Part shown: one piece after another, positions 1 to 13,340 of the stretch
Position numbering within the stretch: position 1 is the stretch's first letter
Layout: each line of letters starts with the position of its first letter
NCBI RefSeq assembly: GCF_004010195.1
Contig: NC_057720.1
Location: forward strand, 9,341,164 to 9,405,163
Length of the DNA stretch: 64,000 bases
Direction: 5' to 3'
Source: Chiloscyllium plagiosum
Lineage: Eukaryota
Notes under the pieces: generated by a model
The model's input: the letters and a program-made list of their open reading frames with translations, nothing else
The model's database searches: none
What the model was told of the DNA's origin: nothing
Translations under genes and position numbers: made by a program

Positions 1-304
1 GCAAATCCGTGCTGGCTGCTTCTCATTAAAGTTATTGCCTAGGTGAAGTTTGTTGCCCTTTCTATAAAATGCAGCAGCTATGGTTAACTACTTCCAGCCC
101 AACAAAAATCTCACTGGGAGTCCAATGGGGATCAGCATTCAGCATGTTTCTGCACTAATTTCCTCCAGCCACTGGGATAAGTGCCCAAAAGATGTGTTCT
201 TCCTATGCCCCTCTTAAGATATCAGTTCTACATTGATTTTAGAACCAACTCGGATATTATTTGCATTTTTAAAAGTCAGATATCGTATCAGTCTATTCCT
301 CATG

Positions 305-525
305 AATTGAATTTATTGTCACGTGCATCAAGGCATAGTGAAAAGCTTTGTCTTGTGAGCAATACAGGTAGATCACAGAGTTAAGTAGCATAGATAGTAA
401 ATAATAGGTAAACAGCGGCAAAAACAAAAACACAGGTACAGGCGAATGTGCCGAGTTTGTGAGTCCATTCACTATTCTAACAACAGCAGGGTAGAAACTG
501 TTGTGAAACTGGCTGGTGTGTATGT
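305..525 (-). mobile_element. Rex1/Babar-like LINE 3' end fragment
   Basis: Minus-strand peptide HTSQFHNSFYPAVVRIVNG resembles the RT..F.NSFFP.AIRLLN C-terminus of Rex1-type ORFs. The tail ends ...GTGACAATAAATTCAATTCA. Confidence 0.65.
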
Positions 526-1136
526 TAAAATATTGATTCAATGGTACATCTACCTATCTTCAGAATGAACGTGTTTAATTTGTAGAATTGCTTCTCTCTA
601 GATTCTTTCTTCTCACATAGAACAGAAACCAGTTGTCAACCTGACAACTTAACTTTAGTAAATTACTGAATTATTTCTCTCTTTCTGTCTCATATATAGT
701 TTGCTCCTCTCTTCTTTCCATTTTAATCGCTTATGCTTTCATTTTGAAACTGTTTTTGCTTCATTTACATGTATTTTCCTTATGGCTACACATTGTTCCT
801 GTGCATTTGTGTTGTTGGTTTAAAAGTGTGCCTGTTCTTTTCCTTCAACTGAGATATTTTGTTGGATAATTAATTCTTCATCCTATAAGTAGGTTTGTGC
901 AATCAGAGACGATAATATGTTTAATAATTCACTTCATTTATTACCGACAGAACATTAATCTTAAACACTGTGGCATTAATATAAAACATCTTAACAAAGC
1001 ATGCAGATGAGTGCATGTTTGTCCTGTGCCCAAACCATTACATGCAACGCTGGAATAATAATAAATTGTGAAGATATCTTCTTTGTGTCTCTTCACAGCC
1101 TGGACATCAATAGGGCAATCTTGCCTCTGAGTCTTC

Positions 1137-1452
1137 GAATCCCTAAAGTGTGGAAGCAGACCATTCATGTCCACACTGACCTAAAGAGCCTTTCAACCCA
1201 ACCCAACCCACCCCAGTGAACCTGCATTCTACATGGCTGACCCACCTAGCCTGCACATCCTTGCACACTGTAAGCAATTTAGCCAATGCAACTAACCTGC
1301 ACATCTTTGGACTGTGGGTGGAAACCAGAGTAATCCCACTCAGAAATGGGGAGAACATGCAAACTCCATGTACATCATCACCCAAGGGTGGAATTGAACC
1401 CAGGTCCCTGGAACGTGAGGCAGCAGTGCTAATTACTTAGCCACTGTGCCGA
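1137..1452 (-). mobile_element. HE1-type V-SINE
   Basis: Reverse complement has a tRNA-like head (GGCACAGTGGCTAAG..AGCACTGCTGCCTCAC..GGGTTCAATTCC) and the V-domain core (GGAGTTTGCA..CCCACAGTCCAAAGATGTGCAGGTTAG). Confidence 0.85.
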
Positions 1453-1474
1453 CCAGGTCAAACAGTCATGGAAT

Positions 1475-2440
1475 CACAGACCCACTCCAGGACATGAGCA
1501 TGCGATCATGCCTGGCACTCCAGTGCAGAACATACAACGTGCTGTACTGTTGGACATGCATTTTCTGATAGAGCTTTACAAAATTAAGAAAGACCTGGAT
1601 AGAATCGATTGTTGGAGTTTTTTCTCAAGATAGAAATGTCAATTTTTAGGGATTGAAGGCAAAAGGAGAAAAGTTCAAAGGTGATGTGAGAGGCAAGTTT
1701 TCCACACCGAAGATTATAAATGTTTGGAATATGCTGCCAAAGCAGGTAGTAGAAGCAGATACAATAGCAATGTTTAAGAGGCATCTTGACATATGCATGA
1801 ATAGGCAGAGAATAGAGGGTTATGTACTGTGTGGAGGCAAAAGGTTTAGGCAATAGATTCGGAAGGTGTCATGCATGCAACTAGGCACAGCATGGTGGGC
1901 TGAAGGGCCTGTTCAGGTGCTATACTGTTCTTTGTTCTTGGATGAAATGTTAACCTGAGAATCCATCAGCTTCTTAGGTGAATGTAAAAGTCAGATGACA
2001 GTATTTGCAAACAGAGCAAGAAAGTTACACTCATTCACTAATTATTCCTCAATGAACTTCAGTAAAATAGGAGCAAATTATTGCAGAGGCTGAAATCTGT
2101 ATTGAAACCAACCAATGTGGGAAATCACAGTGAGTCAGGCAGCATCCATGGAGACAGAGCAAGCTAATGTTTTGAGTCTAGATGACTCTTCATCAACTAG
2201 ACCCAAGATGTTAGCTTGTTCTCTCTTCATGGATGCTGCCTGACCCACTGCGATTTCCAGCATTTTTTGTCTGCAGTGAAACAGATCATTTGGTCATTAC
2301 CACAATGGTGTTTTGCTGTGCATAATTTAGCTGCCATGTTTTCCATGTTATAACAATGAGTAGACTATGAAAATAATGCATCGCATATGAAACATTTCAG
2401 GGAATGCAGCTATTATGAAATGTGCTGTACAACTGTTTCT
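1475..2440 (+). mobile_element. Old DeuSINE (SacSINE1-like) interrupted by a CR1 3' fragment (~1570-1935) and a PLE-derived palindrome (~2067-2277)
   Basis: Collinear Deu-type blocks: CCACTCCAG..GGCACTCCAGTGCAG, GGATGAAATGTTAACCTGAG, and CAGATCATTTGGTCATTA..TTGCTGTGCATAATTTAGCTGCC. The ORF at 1653-1856 is a CR1 C-terminus (INVWNMLP..FKRHLD). Confidence 0.6.
2067..2277. mobile_element. Palindromic PLE-terminus element (second subfamily) with degenerate hammerhead motif
   Basis: Arms GGAAATCACAGTGAGTCAGGCAGCATCCATGGAGA and TCTTCATGGATGCTGCCTGACCCACTGCGATTTCC are reverse complements. Minus strand reads TTGATGA-A-GAGTC-ATCTA-GACTC-AAAAC. Confidence 0.7.
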
Positions 2441-2534
2441 TCCAGGATCTCATCTGTCTAAGTGTAAAGAGCACATATATTTTGCTTTGAAACATAAACT
2501 GAAAGACGAAAGTTGGAGAGCTGTGTTGTATGTT

Positions 2535-2625
2535 GATTCCTGAAGAAGGGCCTGTGCCCAAAACGTCGAATCTCCTGTTCCCTGGATGCTGCCTGACCTG
2601 CTGTGCTGTTCCAGCAATAAAGTTT
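2535..2625 (+). mobile_element. PLE terminal fragment with hammerhead motif (G12 mutated)
   Basis: GATTC-CTGAAGA-A-GGGC-CTGT-GCCC-AAAAC-GTC-GAATC gives a 5-bp helix I and a 4-bp helix II, followed by the family GGATGCTGCCTGACCTGCTG tail. Confidence 0.75.
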
Positions 2626-2855
2626 AAACTTGTATGGAAATAACCTTTTTAAAAATAACTTGAAGCAAAGGTGGAACTGTGCAGTGTTTTGGTTCACTCT
2701 TTCATGGGATATGAGTGTCACTGGCTAAGCCAGCATTTATCATTCATTCCTAGGTGCCCCTGGGATAATGGTGATGAGGTCCCTTCTTGAGATACTACAG
2801 TCCATGTGCTGTAGGCAGACATACAATATTTTCAGCCCATTGTGTCTCCACCAGT

Positions 2856-3470
2856 TGTTATGGATCTGGCCAGAACTCCCAACTTCAAAACATTTCAAAA
2901 AGGGAGCCCAGACCCTAGCCTTGCTAGTTGTTTTAAGCAGGTGTAACATGGATATTCCAGGAGGTTTGTAGCTGGTTCAACCATTTAGTTTGAAACAAAC
3001 CAAAATACATGAACAAAAGAAAACCAAATTTAGAATAATATAACCATTTAAAAACCCAAGTAATTCTATCACAAATTCAATGATGCTGTTCCAAACACTT
3101 GCACCATCCCCGTAACTACCCCTCGGCAAAAAAAGGTAATATCAAACACAGGTTCTTGCAGGAGAGATGTCAGAGAGAGAGAGAGAGAAAAAGAATCAGC
3201 ATGGTGTTGTTTCTTTGAAAAGCAGCCTCAAAACTGACTGCTTGCTAAAACCAAATCAAACCAGAGAAAAAGCTGAGCTGGGAGAACTCCCCATTCATTG
3301 TACAATTTTTTTAAACACTTGAAAACTTTTTGCCTGAGGCAGTATCTACTAGTTATAATCAAATTGGCCCTAAAACTCATTCAAACCACTCACATTGGAA
3401 CTTCTGCATTTATGACCCCTCTTAAAAAAAAACAACAACTTAACCTCGACAAAGGAGCAGCAGTGTCACA
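2856..3470 (-). mobile_element. Solo LTR with 4-bp TSD (CAGT)
   Basis: Termini TGTTA...TCACA, with CAGT at 2852-2855 and 3471-3474. Reverse-complement similarity to 43988-44615. Confidence 0.85.
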
Positions 3471-3534
3471 CAGTCATTAAAATCTATCTATTGTAATCCT
3501 ATATAAGGCGTACTTTTGAACATTGGTACCATTG

Positions 3535-4320
3535 GAACAGGCAGCATTTGTTGCCCATCCCTAATTGCCCTTGGGAAGATGATAGGGTGAGCAACTTTCT
3601 TAATCACTACAGTTCATCAAGTGCAGGTAAACAGTAATGCTGTTTAGGGGATTTTGACCCAGCGACTGTAAAGGAATGGTAACATAGTTCTCAATCAGGT
3701 TGTTGTATAACTAGGAGGGGAATTTGCAGGTGGTGGTGTTTTCATGCGTCTGCTCCCTGTGTCCTTCCAAATCGTAATGATCACACTTAGGAAAGCACTG
3801 CAGGGAAAAAAAATCTTCATGAGTTTTTGTATTGCATTCTGACAGATGGTAGACATTGCTGTCACTGTATCCCTGTAGTGTTGCTTATAGATAGTGTAGA
3901 GCCACTGAGCTGTAAGGTGAGTTACTTGCCTCAGGATGCCCAGTCTTTTACCTGCACTGGAGGCATAGTATTTACATGGCTGGTGCAGTTTAATTTCTGA
4001 TCAATGCTAATGGAGGTGGGTCCTGTGAGGATAGTTTTATTTTCATATGTTGATAGGATACGTGCATCGGTGGTGAGACTAATATTTGTGATCCCGTTAG
4101 TTAATGGTCCTTGTCCTTAAATATTCTTTACAATTGCCTTGTGATTCAAACTTTGTGTTTATACATCTGTAGAATGAAGCTATGGACTTTCTGAGGGGAA
4201 TGTGCAGATGATGACACTGAATGTTTAGATGGTTAGATTCTCTCTTGTTGGTGAAGGTCATTACCTGATACATGTGCAGTGTGAACATTACTTGCCACTT
4301 AACAGCCTAATGTTGTCTCG
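3535..4320 (-). mobile_element. Degenerate LINE 3' region, family B (CR1/L2 superfamily-like)
   Basis: Similar to 33728-34660. Its tail (reverse complement GGGCAATTAGGGATGGGCAACAAATGCTG) is shared with SINE family B. Confidence 0.6.
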
Positions 4321-4724
4321 ATAAAAACTGAAGGAACTGTGGATGAGATTGTGGCTGATCTGTGGTCTAATTCCATTTGGCCCATGTCCCTAATACCTTT
4401 GCTCAACAAAAATATGTCTACGTCAGGTTTAAAATTAACAACTGATCCTGGAACTACTGCCATTTGTGGAAGAGAGTTGCAAACCTCGTTGTGTGTAGAA
4501 GTGCTTCTTAACATCTCTCCTGAAAGGTCTGGCCCTAATCCTCAGGCTACGCCCTTAGTTTGAGAATCCCTAACCAGTGGAAGTAGTTTATCTTTACCTA
4601 TCCTGTCTTTTTCTGTTAATATCTTGAAGATTTTGATCAGATCATCCTTTAACCTTCTACATTCTAAAGAACACAAGCATAATTTGTATAATGTCTCCTC
4701 ATAACCTAATATCAGAAGTCCCTT

Positions 4725-5085
4725 GGAATAGATGAGATAAAAGCAGGGAGATTGTTTCCACTGGTGGGTGAAACTAGAACTAGGGGCATAGCCTCAAAAT
4801 AAGGGCGGGCAGATTTAGGGCTGAGTTGAGCAGAAACTTCTTCACCCAAAGGGTTGTGAATCTGTGGAATTCCTGCCCAGTGAAGCAGTTGAGATTACCT
4901 CCTTGAATGCTTTTAAGGCAAAGAAAGATTTTTGAACAGTAAAGGAATTAAGGGTTATTGGTGAGCGGGTGAGTAAGTGGAGCTGACTCCACGAGAAAGA
5001 TCAGCCATTCTCTTATTGAATAGTGGAGCAGGTTCAAGTGGCCAAGAGATGGCCTATACTCCTGCTCCTATTTCATATGCTCTTA
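4725..5085 (+). mobile_element. CR1 LINE 3' end
   Basis: AACTAGGGGCATAGCCTCAAAATAAGGG..AACTTCTTCACCCAAAGGGTTGTGAATCTGTGGAATTC, nearly the same as 55150-55495. Confidence 0.8.
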
Positions 5086-6024
5086 AATCCACATCTCATT
5101 TTTGTAAACCCACGCTATACTCCCTCCAAAGCCAATATATCCTTCCTAAGGTGTGGTGACTTAGTCTGCTTACAGTGCTACAAGTCAGATCTAATCACGG
5201 TTTTGTATGGTTGCACCATAACTTCAACACCCAGTGGCTTTGGGTGATTCGGGGATCAACGCTGAGAATATGGACTTGAAAGAGGATATTGATGTCAGGT
5301 TGCCTTACCTACCCTGGTATGTGGAAGACATTGGGAAGGTACCAATCGCAGTATATCTCCAGACCTGAATTGTCAAAGTTTCTGAAGCACATCAGAGAAC
5401 AGGGCTCCGTACTGTCTGGAAATGTACAACGTTAGTCTCAGGTTTGAAATCCTGGTCTTCAAGTACTTTTATCCTCAGTCAGGTAGTGGGAAGGGGTAAC
5501 ATTGACCGAGCTGTGGGAGGTAGGATTAAGAGGGAAGGCTGGTAAGACATGGAAGAGCACGCTTTCTGATCCTGGCTGATTGCACTACTTTATCGTGAGA
5601 AACAAAACATACCATTTAAGAGGAGCCTCTGAAGTAAGCAAGGCCACCCCTCCTGTCCCAGAGTCTCAAGGGTATGAATGTTAATCTTAAGGTTTTGAGA
5701 AATCCAAATGAAAAATCACAAGGGCAGCAGAAAAGTGTCTTATTAGAAAAAAATAGTTTGTGACAAATCTATTTTAGTTATGAAAATATTTGCAATGGGA
5801 AAAGAGACTCCTTATTTTCAATGTGTCCAAATCAGGATGGTGTGTCACAGAGAGGGACTTGCAGGTCATGGCATTCCCATGCATCAATTGTCCTTGTCCT
5901 TTGAGGTGGTCGAGGTTGTTGGTTTTGAGAAGTGCTGTCAAAGAAACTTCCGCACAACAATAAGAGCTTTTCTCCTTGCAGAGTCCAGGACATAACCTTA
6001 GAGTAAGGGGGTCCCATGTAAGGT

Positions 6025-6340
6025 AGATTAGATTACTTACAGTGTGGAAACAGGCCCTTCAGCCCAACAAGTCCACACCGACCCGCCGAAGCGCAACCCA
6101 CTCAGACCAATTCCCCTACACTTACCCCTTCACCTAACACTATGGGCAATTTAAGCATGGCCAATTCACCTGACCTGCACATGTTTGGACAGTGGGAGGA
6201 AACCAGAGCACCCGGAGGAAACCCACACAGACACTGGAGAATGTGCAACCTCCACATAGACAGTCATCTAAGGCAGGAATTGAACCGGGGTCTCTGGCGC
6301 TGTGAAGCAGCAGTGCTAACCACTGTGCCACCGTGCTGCC
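6025..6340 (-). mobile_element. HE1-type V-SINE, full length
   Basis: Reverse complement starts GGGCAGCACGGTGGCACAGTGGTTAGCACTGCTG, has the V core, and ends in a (TAATC)n tail. Confidence 0.9.
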
Positions 6341-6879
6341 CTAAAAATAACTAGGAAACATTTCAGTATAGAGATGAGGAAGAACTTATTCTCTCAGCAT
6401 GTAGTGAATCTGGAACTCCTTACCACAGAAATCTATAGAGACAAGGTCATTAAATATATTCAAGACTGAGATAGATTTTTTCACCTGGAAGGGAATCAAA
6501 GGTTATGGGGAAAAGGCAGCAAAGTGGAGATGAGGATTAACGGAAATAAAAAAACACAGCGAGTGCTGAAGAAGCTGAGCAGTCTGATAATATATGTGGA
6601 GAGAGAAACAGCATTTCTCCAGTTTGGAAGAACACTCATACTGGACTCAAAATGGTAACTTCGTTTTCTGTCTACAGATACTGCCAGATCTGATTAATTC
6701 CTCCAGCACTTTCTGTTTCGATTGCAGATTCCCTGGAGGTAGGTAGCTGGTGTAGTGATAATATCACTGGGCTCGTAACACCAGGATCCTTAGCTAATTC
6801 TCTGGAGCCGTGGGTTTCAGTAGATGGTGAAGATTTTGAGTTCAATTAAAAAGATAATCTAATAGCGATTATTGTTTTC

Positions 6880-7222
6880 AGGGCAGCTCAGTGGCTAGCA
6901 CTGCTGCCTCACAGCACCAGGGACCTGGGTTCAATTCCAACCTCGGGCGACTGCCTGTTTGGGGATTGCACATTCTCCCCGTGTCTGCTTGGGTTTCCTC
7001 CAGGTGCTCCGGTTTCCTCCCACAGTCCAAAGATGTGCAGGTTAGGTGAATTGGCCATGCTAAATTGCTCATTGTGTTCAGGAAATGTAGGTTAGGTGCC
7101 TTAGTCTGGGGAAATGTAGAGTAATAGGGTAGGGGAATGAGTCTGGGTGGGTTACTCTTTGGAGGGTCAGTGTGGACTTGTTGGACTAAATGGCCTGTTA
7201 CCACACTGTAGGGATTTTATGA
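6880..7222 (+). mobile_element. HE1-type V-SINE
   Basis: GCTCAGTGGCTAGCACTGCTGCCTCACAGCACCAGGGACCTGGGTTCAATTCC (A/B boxes), V core, and CR1-type tail CCACACTGTAGGGATT. Confidence 0.9.
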
Positions 7223-7286
7223 TCTGCTATGCTCTGTTAAATGGTGGAATGGACTCAATGACCTTCTTCTGCTCCTGCATTTTGTG

Positions 7287-7490
7287 TCGAGGGTGTGGTG
7301 CTGGAAAAGCACGGCAGGTCGGGCAGCATCCGTGGAACAGGAGAGTCACTGTTTTGGACATAACCCCTTCATCAGGAATAAAGCTTCTGGGCCGGGGGCT
7401 GAGAGATAAATGGGAGGGGGGATGGGGCTGGGAGAAGGTAGCGGAGAGTGCGATAGGTGGTTGGAGGGTAATGGAGACAGGTCGGAGTGA
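7287..7490 (-). mobile_element. PLE 3' terminal fragment
   Basis: GTGGTGCTGGAAAAGCACGGCAGGTCGGGCAGCATCC..CCCTTCATCAGGAAT followed by a purine-rich tract, as in 33118-33400. Confidence 0.75.
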
Positions 7491-7834
7491 ATCTCTTGGG
7501 GTTTTTTTTCCCCTCACAATCATCGATGGATTCATGGTTGTCGTTCACTCTTAAATCCTGATTTTTAAAAAAAAAATTAAGTTCAACTTCCCCAATCTGT
7601 CATGGCAGGATTTGAACACAGGTCCTCAGAACATTACTTGAACTTCCAGAATAGCAGTCCAGGGATAAAACCACTCGGCCAGCATCAGCCTGCCCAGTGG
7701 GCATGAACAGATAAGTAAATACCTACAAAAGTTGTCCAGGAGACAGCAGGACACAAAGATCCACCTTAGATTGTTTTTCGATTCAGTACTCAGTAAAAAT
7801 AATATGCTGATGAGGGAGGAGAGCAGGGAAGAAT

Positions 7835-8033
7835 TAAGTAAAAACAATGACTGCAGATGCTGGAAACCAGATTCTGGATTAGTGGTGCTGGAAGAGCACA
7901 ACAGTTCAGGCAGCATCCGAGGAGCGGTAAAATCGACGTTTCGGGCAAAAGCCCTTACCTGATGAATGGCTTTTGCCCGAAACGTCGATTTTACTGCTCC
8001 TCGGATTCCAGCAATTGCAGTCCTTGTTTTTAC
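7835..8033. mobile_element. Palindromic PLE-terminus element with 11-bp TSD
   Basis: CAGGGAAGAAT at 7824-7834 and 8034-8044. Internal inverted repeat centred near 7957. Plus-strand hammerhead core at 7958-7990. Confidence 0.85.
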
Positions 8034-8484
8034 CAGGGAAGAATAAGGAGATTGATCCCAAATCTACAGCGAAGGAGCTCTGAGGAGAGAGTAGAGAAAC
8101 TCTACAGTCTCTAGAGAGATATACGTTGAGGGCTTTGAAATACTAAATGGTGCAGATAAGGTAAACCCAGAACAGGTTTAAAAATAATCCAGGAAATTAG
8201 AACCAGAGTAGAAGGATTTATACCTGCGAAAAGTAAATCTAAAGCAGGATATCAGAAAGGACATCACTCAGAGAGTGATGAATGTTTTTAATAATCTTCA
8301 AGGCAGGCTATGAAGGAAAGGGAACGTAAGTAAAGTGGAAATTCAGCTGGAAATGAGTTAACATTTTGAAAGAAGGAATATCTTTCTTTTTTTAAGCTTT
8401 CAGGAGAAATGTCTTCACCCAGAGAATGGTGAGCCTGTGGAATTTCCTACCACAGAAATCAGTCAAAGTCAAACATTGCCTATC

Positions 8485-8770
8485 AGTGTTCAGAGGGCAG
8501 TTAAGAGTCAACCCATTGCTGTGGGTCTGGAGTCACATGTAGGCCAGACCAGGTAAGGATGGCAGTTTCCTCCCCTAAGGGACATTAGTGAACCTGATGC
8601 GTTTCCCCCTGACAATGGTTTGTGGTCATCATTAGATCCTTAATAGACTCTTTAATGAATTCACATTCCACCAACTGCTGTAGTGGGATTTGAACCCTGG
8701 CCCCCAGAATATTTGCTGAATTTCCAGATTAACAGTCAAATAATGATGCCACTAAGCCATTGCCTCAGCC
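8485..8770 (-). mobile_element. tRNA-derived SINE, family B
   Basis: Reverse complement matches 32297-32642 (GGGTTCAAATCCCA B box, CCTACATGTGACTCCAGACCCACAGCAATG body). Confidence 0.75.
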
Positions 8771-10496
8771 CTACCGCCTACCATACAGGATGCCTGGAGC
8801 TTGTGCTGGTGAATAAATACAGCAACCAACATGGGCGCAATATTCAAATCCTCGCCCCAGCGAAGTTGTTAATTGTGTAATAATGCAATTTCTGACTGGG
8901 ATACTTCTGTCTATTTCAGTTGTGCTCTGTGCAGTCTTCTACGCTGGGAAAGACACTCAAAAAGAGGGACCACAAGTGTGCCAGAAGCTTCTCAACTGCC
9001 TTGCTTGTAAGATCAAGGCTGTTCCAGCTCACACAGCACACATTTTACAAACTTAAGCCTGAAAGGTCAAATCAAGTCAACACGTCTGCTTGTCACTCCA
9101 GACACAGACATAAACATAGGGACATAGGATATAGGACTATGAGTAGGCCATTCAACCCCTTGAGCTTGTCTCACCTGTCAATCAGATCAAGGTTGATCTG
9201 ATAACTCTTAACTCCACTTTCCTGCCTTTTCCCCAAAACCCTTGATTCCCTCACTGATTAAAAATTTGTCTCAGCCTTCAATATCATGACCCAACCTTGA
9301 CAGCTCTCTGCAGTATAGAATTCCACAGATTCACTACCCTCTCAGAGAAGAAATTCCTCCTTGTCACTGTCTTATTCCTAGACTCTCCCACAAGGGAAAA
9401 TAAACTCTCTGCATCTAACCCATCAGGCCCCTTAAGAATCTTGCATAATTAAAAATATAATTATTGCAGGAAAGGTGACTTCCACAAATCACTGAAATTG
9501 CCAAGTTGCAGTGTACTTGGACAGGTTGCAGCGAGTAGTTAGATTTTCCAGTGAGCGTGACTGCAACTTCAATGGAGGCTGGAGGATCTCTGCACAGAAA
9601 GGTCAGCGATTGCAGTACTGCTGGGGCTGTTCCAGGAGCTGGACGTGCAGCAGGGCCTCTGTGTGAGGCTCTTTGACAACATCGAACCATTGTCTCTTGT
9701 AGGCTGTCCCACTGAAGTCCTTTGAGAAACTGAGGACTGCAGATGCTGGAGAGACAGAGTCAAAAAGGGTGGCGCTGGAAAAGCACAGCAGATCAAGCAG
9801 CATCTTAGGAGCAGGAGAGTCAACATTTCGGGCATAAGCCCTTCATCAGGAATGTATGGCATATGCCCGAGATGACGACTCGCCTGTTCTCTGATGTCAC
9901 TGTAACCCTCATCTGATTACCCTGTGGCAGAACATGTCTGTGTCCACAGCCTCCAGGCCAGACACTATCCCCGTGAGGCAATGATAGTATTGGGCATAAA
10001 AAGGAAGTTGATGAGTAATCTAGAAGCCAAGGTGAATGGTCTCGGGACAGAGATTCAATTCCCACCAGGCCAGGTGATGGAATTTAAATTCAATTAATAA
10101 TATCAGGGATTGGAAGATAGTCGTAAAAAATTATCTTGTTCCCTAATCCCTTCATATGAAGAGCAGGGATAAGTCTGCTTTGCTATTCATTAGGGTCATA
10201 CCTGATCATCCAACTCAATAGTTACCTTCTGTTCTTGCCCCCTATCCTTTGATCCTTTTAGTCCCAATTGCTACATCCAACACCTTCTTGAAATGCATTG
10301 GCCTCAACTGCTTTCTGAGGGAGTAAACTCCAAAGGCTACCACTCTCTGGGTGAAGGCATTTCTCATCATCTCAATCCTAAATGACCTACCCTTAGGCTG
10401 TGATCCCTGGTTCCCCATCCTCAGGAACATCCTTCCTGCATCTATCCTGCCTCAGAAAGGACATCTGCTGTGCTCACCTGGTCTGGGCCCCAAATG

Positions 10497-10708
10497 AGGT
10501 AAAAACAATGACTGCAGATGCTGGAAACCAGATTCTGGATCAGTGGTGCTGGAAGAGCACAGCAATTCAGGCAGCATCAGAGGACAGGCAAAATCGATGT
10601 TTCGGGCAAAAGCCCTTCATCAGGAATAAGGGCTTTTGCCCGAAACGTCGATTTTGCCTGTCCTCGGATGCTGCCTGAATTGCCGTGCTCTTCCAGCACC
10701 ACTGATCC
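10497..10708. mobile_element. Palindromic PLE-terminus element
   Basis: 10537-10616 and 10628-10708 are near-perfect reverse complements around the hammerhead CTGATGA. Confidence 0.85.
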
Positions 10709-11469
10709 TAGGCCACAAATGACTCTAGGTCTGCAACAAAGTTGCTTGCAGTGATCCACAACTTATCTCTGAATGACAAGCCACTCAGCTCATGGGAATT
10801 TAGGGAAGGGCAGCAAATGTCTGTCCCCCAGTGATGCCCACATCCCATAAAAGAATCCAAACAATTTAGTCCAGTCCATTCATGCCCGCATCCTGATCCC
10901 AGCTTCATACTAATGTCTTTCAAGAAGGAGTCAGATATAGTTCCACAGGGATAAAAAAGTTTGGGGAAAAAGCGGGAAGTGAATGCTACATTAGATGATC
11001 AGCCCTGATCATACTGAAAGGGAGAGGACTTTTGAGGGGCTGAATGGCCTAGTGATGCTCCTATTTTCCATGTTTCTACCCTCCAAGGTATATTTAGCAC
11101 TGACAACTGTGAATTTCAGAGTATCCTTCATTGTTTGTGTCGTGTTGCTGCTCTCTCTCCTCCTCCTCCTCTTGTGAGTGCTATGTCAGAAATGCTAGCA
11201 TTCTGTCCCAAATCAGAGTCAGAAACCGGATGGCTCAGTTGAGGTTAAGGAGGGTTGGCGAGGAAAGAACGAGCTGACAGTCTAGTCGTATTATCGCCAG
11301 ACTATTAAACCAGAGACCCTGGCAATGATCTGGGGACCTGGTTTTGAATCCTACCATGGCAGTTGGTGGAATTTGAATTTATTAAATATCTGGAATTAGG
11401 AGCCTTTTGAAATATTTGTTGGGAAAAACCCATCTGATTCACTAGTGACCCTCAGGTCATCCTTACCTG

Positions 11470-13340
11470 GTCATAGAGTGATACAGCACAACTTGTCCAT
11501 GCCAACTAGGTTTCCCAAACTAAACTGGTTTGTCTACATTTGGCCCATATCCCTCTAAACCTTTCCTATCCATGTACCTGTCCAAATATCTTTTAAATGT
11601 TGTAATTGTACCTGCCTTCACCACCTCCTCGGGGAGTTCATTCCACACATGCACCACCCTCAGTGTGAAAATGTTGACCCTTAGGTCCCTTCTAAATCTT
11701 TCCCCTCTCACCTTAAAAATGTGCCCCCTAGTTTTGAACTTTCCCACCCTAGGGAAAAGACCTTTACTATTCACCTTATCTATTCACCACTCATGATTTT
11801 ATAAATCTCTATAAGATCAGCTCTCAACCTCTCATGCTCCAGTGAAAACATGTCCCAACCTATCCATCCTCTCCTTATAATGCAAACCCTGGTAAATCTT
11901 TTCTGAACCCTCTCTAATTTAAATATATCCTTTCTATAGCAGGGAGACTAGAACTGTACACAGTCCTCCTAAAGTGGCCTCACCCATGTCCTGTACAGCT
12001 GCAACCTGATGTCCCAATACCTATACTCAATGGTCTGAGCAATGTAAGCAAGTGTGCTAAATGCTTTCTTAACTACCCTGTCTACCTGTGATGCAGCTAT
12101 CAAAGAGCCATTTACCTGAACCTCTGGGTCTGTCTGTTCAACAACACACCCAGGGCTCAACTATTAACCATATAAGTCCTGCCATTATTTGTTTTACCAA
12201 AATAAAGTCCATCTGTCACTCCTCAGCCCTTTGGCCCAATTGATCAAGATCCCTATGTAATCTTAGATAATCTTCTTCTGTCCACTCTACCACCAGGTTT
12301 GGTGTCATCTGCAAACTTACTAACCATGCCACCTAAATTCTCATCCAAATCATTTGTATAAATGACAAACAAAAGTGGACTCCACACCCTGCAGAATACC
12401 ACTGGTCATAAGTGTCCAGTCTGAAAAGCCATCCCCCACATCCACTCTGTGTCTCCTACTGCAAAGCCAATTTTCATTGTAATTAGTAGGCTCACCCTGA
12501 ATCCTATGTGATTTAACTTTACTAATTAGTCTACCATTTGGAACCTTGTCAAAGGCTTTAGACATGTGGACGATGTCTAACGGTCTGCCCTCATCAATTG
12601 TTTTGGAGACGGCCTCAAAAAAACTCAATCAAGTTTGTGAGACATGATTTCCCACGGACAAAGCCATGCTAACTATCCCTAATCAGTCCTTGCCTCTCCA
12701 AATGCATGTAAACCCTACCTCTAAGAGTCCCCTGTAACAGCTTACCCAATGCTGATGTCAGACTCACAGGTTGATAGTGCCCAGGCTTTTCCTTACAGCC
12801 TTTCTTAAACAAAGGTGCAACTTTAGCACCCTCCAGTCCCCTGGCACCTCAACCATGGCTGTCAATGATACAAATGCATCTGCTGGGGCCCTGGAATTTC
12901 TTCCCTAAATTCCCACAATGTGATGGGATACACTTGATCACTTCCTGGAGGCTTCTCTTACTTTATGTCTTTTAAGACTTCTTCTGTAAAGTGGACTGTT
13001 TTCAAGACATCAATACTTACTTCCACAAGTTCCCTAGCCTCCATTTCTTTCTCAACAGTAAAAAGTAACGCAAACTATACATTTGGTATCTCTCCCATCT
13101 CCTGTGGTCCCATACATAGACAACCTCAATGATCTTTAAGAGGCCCTAATCTGTCTCTAGTTGTTGTTTTGCTCTTAATGTACGTGTAGAATCTCATTGG
13201 ATTATCCTTAACTTTATCTGTCAAGGCTATGGCATATTCCCTTTTTGTCTTCCTGGCTTCCCTCTTAAGAATGTTACTACATCCCAGTACTCTTCAAGAG
13301 ATTCACTTGATCCTAGTTGTCTATACCTAATGCATGACTC
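11470..13340 (-). mobile_element. CR1 LINE, 5'-truncated, frameshifted RT, inserted in a family-B SINE
   Basis: ORF pieces SKAFDKVP, SQVDRVVKKAF and VWNELPEEVV..FKRYLD. SINE B sequence stops near 11470 and resumes near 13345. Confidence 0.9.

Noticed and set aside
6880..6950. tRNA genes at SINE heads
   Set aside because: A/B boxes run straight into V-SINE bodies; no complete cloverleaf is evident.
9552..9601. Possible exon (TTTTCCAG..AAAG/GTCAGC)
   Set aside because: Weak donor, no recognisable peptide in any frame, and no partner exons.
10497..10708. Palindromes as DNA-transposon MITEs or miRNA precursors
   Set aside because: The arms are the same sequence that terminates the GIY-YIG-coding Penelope fragments, and TSD length and junctions vary between copies.
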